From positions 18,522-82,521 of the IMG/VR virus record IMGVR_UViG_3300025915_000014: 64,000 nucleotides of DNA; one strand, written 5' to 3'. The notes beneath the pieces were generated by a model. It did not search any database, was not told the DNA's origin, and saw only the letters and a list, made by a program, of their open reading frames with translations. Position numbers and translations under genes: made by a program. Shown here one piece after another: positions 60,849 through 64,000 of the stretch. This DNA comes from a virus (taxonomy: Duplodnaviria > Caudoviricetes). Position 1 is the stretch's first letter, and each line of letters starts with the position of its first letter.

Positions 60849-61333
60849 ACGGCTCCCAAGTGTTGCTGCTGTCGCTGTTGGGCGCCGGGCTGTATGTGGG
60901 GGCGCGCGGCACGTGGAAGCGGCGGCGGAAGCGGCGGAGCCGGTTCGTGTTGGGCCGGTGGCTGCGGCGCGGGCCGGGCACCTGCTACCGGTTCCGGGTG
61001 CGGCATCCCCGCTCCGGGCGGGTGGTGAACGGCTACGTGGGACAGACCCGCCGCCCGGTGCAGGTCCGCATCGACGAGCACCTGCTCGGTACCGCGACCG
61101 CGGCCCCGAAGGTGTGGGCGGACACGGTCGTGTCCTGGGACGTGCTGTGGACCGGCACATGCACCCAAGGCGGGCTGAACTGGCGCGAACGCTGGTACAT
61201 CGTGTCGCGGCGCCCGCTCTACAACGTGCAGTGGAACACCGCGAACCGGCGGCGGATTCTGCCGTCGCGGGCGGCGCGGCAGCGGATCCGGCGGTCCCAG
61301 ACGGGCCGGAACGGGTGGCGGTGGGTGCCGTGA
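60845..61333 (+). CDS. Membrane-anchored GIY-YIG nuclease-like protein
   Basis: N-terminal TM; CYRF..YVGQT..RIDEH..ERWYI..PLYN. Confidence 0.7.
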   Translation: MNGSQVLLLSLLGAGLYVGARGTWKRRRKRRSRFVLGRWLRRGPGTCYRFRVRHPRSGRVVNGYVGQTRRPVQVRIDEHLLGTATAAPKVWADTVVSWDVLWTGTCTQGGLNWRERWYIVSRRPLYNVQWNTANRRRILPSRAARQRIRRSQTGRNGWRWVP

Positions 61334-61518
61334 CGGTGTCGCTGGTGAAGGGCGACGGCGCTGAGGTCAAGGAGCCGCTGCGGGCGCGGGCGGCGGCGGC
61401 GGTCGAGGACTGGGTCAACGCGATCCCGTGCATCGGTGACCTGTTCCCGGTGCAGTTCTGGTTGATCTGCGGGCCGCCGCTGCTGGTGCTGATCTTCACG
61501 TTGTGGACGCGGCCGTGA
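61330..61518 (+). CDS. Small membrane protein (Spd-like position)
   Basis: C-terminal hydrophobic helix; GTGA overlap. Confidence 0.55.
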   Translation: MTVSLVKGDGAEVKEPLRARAAAAVEDWVNAIPCIGDLFPVQFWLICGPPLLVLIFTLWTRP

Positions 61519-61548
61519 TGCGCGCCGAGTGTGTCGCCCAATCGGTGG

Positions 61549-61577
61549 TACTGCCGTGCGCGCCAGGCGCGCATACT
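61549..61577 (+). promoter_or_regulatory. Promoter with operator (61558-61572)
   Basis: GCGCGCCAGGCGCG-CATACT-6nt-ATG. Confidence 0.75.
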
Positions 61578-61583
61578 TGGGTC

Positions 61584-62009
61584 ATGGCCGCAACCAGCAC
61601 CCCGGACCCCAGCCCCACCCGCGAGGGCGTGACCGTGGTCCCCGGCGTCCACGTCGGCCGCGACGACATCGTCACGCTGCCCCCCCGCGGCGGCAGGCTG
61701 CGGAGCTGGCGCCGCTACGACCTCGCCTACAACCGGGATCAGATGGTCATCTGGTCGGCCACGCCGCGCGGCATCGCCCGCAGCACCGTCGCCGGGCCCG
61801 AGCAGGCCGCCGTCTACATCCGCTCCACCGTGCACGACGACGAGCGCTACCACCGCGGCCCCACCGCGCTCGCCGTGTTCTGGCTGGCCGACGACCCCAC
61901 CGAGCGCTACGGCCACGGCTCCCGCGAAGAGGTCGCGCTGATCACCGGGATGTCCGAGATCGTCAAGGGTCTCGTCGCCCGCCCCACCGCCATCCCCGAG
62001 GAGCTGTGA
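61584..62009 (+). CDS. Hypothetical protein, leaderless
   Basis: 141 aa. Confidence 0.65.
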   Translation: MAATSTPDPSPTREGVTVVPGVHVGRDDIVTLPPRGGRLRSWRRYDLAYNRDQMVIWSATPRGIARSTVAGPEQAAVYIRSTVHDDERYHRGPTALAVFWLADDPTERYGHGSREEVALITGMSEIVKGLVARPTAIPEEL

Positions 62010-62218
62010 TGAGCACCCCCACCTACGAGCTGGTCATGCTCGGCGAGCCCGAGCCCTGCGAGCGCTGCGGCGCCCTCGTGCAGGCCCACCGCCGCGTCAT
62101 CGACGGCGCCATGCGCGTCTCGGACATGCGCGCCATCGACGGGGTGCTGCGCGTCATGCCCGGCGGGCACACCCCCGACTGGTGCACCGACATCCGCGAC
62201 GGGCGGATCCGGCGATGA
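62009..62218 (+). CDS. Small Cys protein
   Basis: CERC..H..C; TGATG overlap. Confidence 0.55.
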   Translation: MSTPTYELVMLGEPEPCERCGALVQAHRRVIDGAMRVSDMRAIDGVLRVMPGGHTPDWCTDIRDGRIRR

Positions 62219-62379
62219 GCCATCACTGCCACGTCCCGGCCCGGACGAAGAAGAACCCGTGGGTCTGCCCGGTCTGCCGCTCACCGTGGACGATCACGCC
62301 GCGGGCCACGGCCGCGAAGTCCCGCCGCGAGAACATCCGCGTCAACGGCCACCAGCCGTGGTTCTTCGGGCGGCCGTGA
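62215..62379 (+). CDS. Small Zn-finger protein
   Basis: HHC..CPVC. Confidence 0.5.
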   Translation: MSHHCHVPARTKKNPWVCPVCRSPWTITPRATAAKSRRENIRVNGHQPWFFGRP

Positions 62380-62528
62380 TGCCGCTGCCGATCCTGGTCC
62401 TGATCTTCTTCGGGCCCGCCGTGTACTTCCTCGCGACCTTCCCGCTGCCGGTCGCGGTCGTGCTCTCCGTGGTCTGCGCCCTGTTCACCCACCGGCTGCT
62501 GACCAGCGTGCTCGGCCCCTGGCACTGA
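62379..62528 (+). CDS. Small membrane protein
   Basis: Hydrophobic 49 aa. Confidence 0.55.
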   Translation: MPLPILVLIFFGPAVYFLATFPLPVAVVLSVVCALFTHRLLTSVLGPWH

Positions 62529-62539
62529 GGAGAGATCCG

Positions 62540-62737
62540 ATGAAGAACGTCGCCATTCGCTACCTGCGCCCCGCCGAGTTCTGGGCCTGCTTTGCCGGTC
62601 TATGGCTGGTGTTGCTGGTCGCCATGGCCCAGCTCGACGGGCTGCCCCGGGTAGTGGTCTGCGGCGGCCTCACCGTCGGCTGGCTGTGCCTGATGGTCGA
62701 GCGCTTCCGCAACTGGCAGGCGCACCGCCGCCGCTGA
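62540..62737 (+). CDS. Small two-TM protein
   Basis: RBS GAGGAG; two hydrophobic segments. Confidence 0.6.
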   Translation: MKNVAIRYLRPAEFWACFAGLWLVLLVAMAQLDGLPRVVVCGGLTVGWLCLMVERFRNWQAHRRR

Positions 62738-62809
62738 ACCTGACCACCCCGGCCCCCACCACATCAGGGCCCCGAGCAGCACCACCCCACCACAGAGAAG
62801 GAGCCCGCC

Positions 62810-62938
62810 ATGGGCGACAGCATCGAGCGCAAGGCCGAACGGATCCGGATGGAGAACAAGGCGAAGGCGGCGAACACGACCGGCAAGAAGGTCGCCGCGG
62901 TCGTGCGGGTCGTCGCGAAGAAGACGACCGGCAAGTGA
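62810..62938 (+). CDS. Small basic protein
   Basis: RBS AAGGAG; 42 aa. Confidence 0.5.
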   Translation: MGDSIERKAERIRMENKAKAANTTGKKVAAVVRVVAKKTTGK

Positions 62939-63040
62939 TCAAAGGGAGGTGGTAGCACCCTGACGGACGGTGACGGCCCCGCCCCCGGCGCCCCCACAGC
63001 GCCCACGGGTCGCGGGGCCGTCGCCGCGCCAGCACGGTAA

Positions 63041-63067
63041 CCGGCCCCGAGGCTGCCTCGGGGCCGG
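63041..63067. terminator. Hairpin between convergent genes
   Basis: CCGGCCCCGAGG-CTG-CCTCGGGGCCGG. Confidence 0.65.
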
Positions 63068-63089
63068 ACGCGCGGGTGTATCCGCGGGA

Positions 63090-63323
63090 TCAGACGGCCA
63101 GCCGCGCCGCCCGCAGGTAGGCCTGCCGGGCGGCGTCGGCGCGCTTGGCGGCGGCGGTCATCTGCTTGCGCTCGCGCTCGTCGGTGATGATGTTGTTGCA
63201 GTGCTGCCACATGGCGGCCCGGTCGCGCAGCACGATGGCCTGCCCGCCGAAGGCGCCGAGGGCGTCGCAGACGATCCAGGCACCGTCGGCGCATTCGTGG
63301 CGGGTGAAGCGGTCATCGTCCAT
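63090..63323 (-). CDS. Hypothetical protein, leaderless
   Basis: ATG 7 nt after CAACGT. Confidence 0.6.
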   Translation of the reverse strand: MDDDRFTRHECADGAWIVCDALGAFGGQAIVLRDRAAMWQHCNNIITDERERKQMTAAAKRADAARQAYLRAARLAV

Positions 63324-63330
63324 ACCGTCC

Positions 63331-63359
63331 ACGTTGCGCGCCCGGCGCGCACCCTGCAA
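63331..63359 (-). promoter_or_regulatory. Promoter with operator (63336-63350)
   Basis: TTGCAG-17nt-CAACGT. Confidence 0.8.
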
Positions 63360-63368
63360 GGGCTGGTG

Positions 63369-63785
63369 CTACTCCTCGTCGGCCACGTAGCCCTCGTCGC
63401 GCATCCACGCATGCAGCCGGGCCAGTCCCGCCTCGACGTCGTACGGGGCGCACTCCGGGCGTCCACACCCCGGCGTCGGGCCCCCCGGGGTGTAGGGCTG
63501 GCACTCCGGGCGCCCGCACGGCGGGGTCACGTAGGGCGGCTCCCAGGTCAGCCGCAGGTGGCATACCGGGCACGCCGTGTCCGGGCGTGGGCCGCGCACG
63601 GCCGCGCAGCGCGCGCACCACACCTGCGCGGCCTCGCGGGCGGCGTCGTCGGCGAACGGCGCGGTCACCTCGTAGCCGATCAGGCCGCCGCGGTCGCGGA
63701 CGATCCGCACCTGCTCGGCCGGGATCGGGGTCAGGTCGACGATCTTCCCGGCGGCGTCCCGGTGGATCTCGAAGAACTCGCTCAC
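63369..63785 (-). CDS. Cys-rich hypothetical protein
   Basis: CARC..CPVC; two CGRPEC repeats. Confidence 0.55.
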   Translation of the reverse strand: MSEFFEIHRDAAGKIVDLTPIPAEQVRIVRDRGGLIGYEVTAPFADDAAREAAQVWCARCAAVRGPRPDTACPVCHLRLTWEPPYVTPPCGRPECQPYTPGGPTPGCGRPECAPYDVEAGLARLHAWMRDEGYVADEE

Positions 63786-63988
63786 GGCTCGATGCCCGTC
63801 GTCCCGGCGAAGCTCGGCCACTGCTCCTCCTCGTCGTCGTCCGCGGCGATGTCGCCGCGTAGCAGCCACTCCTCGAACACGACGGCGCGGTCGAGCACCC
63901 CGGAGTGCGTGGTCCCGCGCGCGGATAGGGAACGGGCGGCGGCGTCGAGCGCGGCGATCCGCGCGTGCAGGAGGTCGCGGTCCATCAC
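63782..63988 (-). CDS. Hypothetical protein
   Basis: 68 aa. Confidence 0.5.
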   Translation of the reverse strand: MMDRDLLHARIAALDAAARSLSARGTTHSGVLDRAVVFEEWLLRGDIAADDDEEEQWPSFAGTTGIEP

Positions 63989-64000
63989 TGCCCCCGGCGC

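Overview
Very GC-rich actinomycete siphovirus or prophage segment. The WhiB1-like gene suggests a Pseudonocardiaceae/Streptomyces-type host. Bases ~880-33400 (minus strand) are a near-complete HK97-type virion operon: terminase, portal, prohead protease, major capsid, head-tail proteins, tail tube, frameshifted tail chaperone, tape measure protein with NlpC/P60 and transglycosylase domains, and minor tail/fibre proteins. Unusual insertions in it are a stand-alone secreted Rpf-LysM gene, a 1510-aa repeat fibre and a PL7 lyase domain in a tail protein. Bases ~33500-64000 are a mosaic of small accessory genes: a packaging-type HNH, an ADP-ribosyltransferase-like gene with a small downstream partner, ParB-methyltransferase, several nucleases, a secreted heme peroxidase, WhiB1, and a Streptomyces-plasmid-type conjugation cassette (divergent GntR/UTRA repressor, TraB-like FtsK ATPase, membrane proteins). 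A 15-bp palindrome GCGCGCCNGGCGCGC occurs 11 times, nearly always filling the -35/-10 spacer of a promoter, most of them leaderless. No integrase, replicase, classical endolysin, tRNA or CRISPR array was recognised. All family calls come from reading motifs by eye; no database search was run, and many start codons are my estimates.
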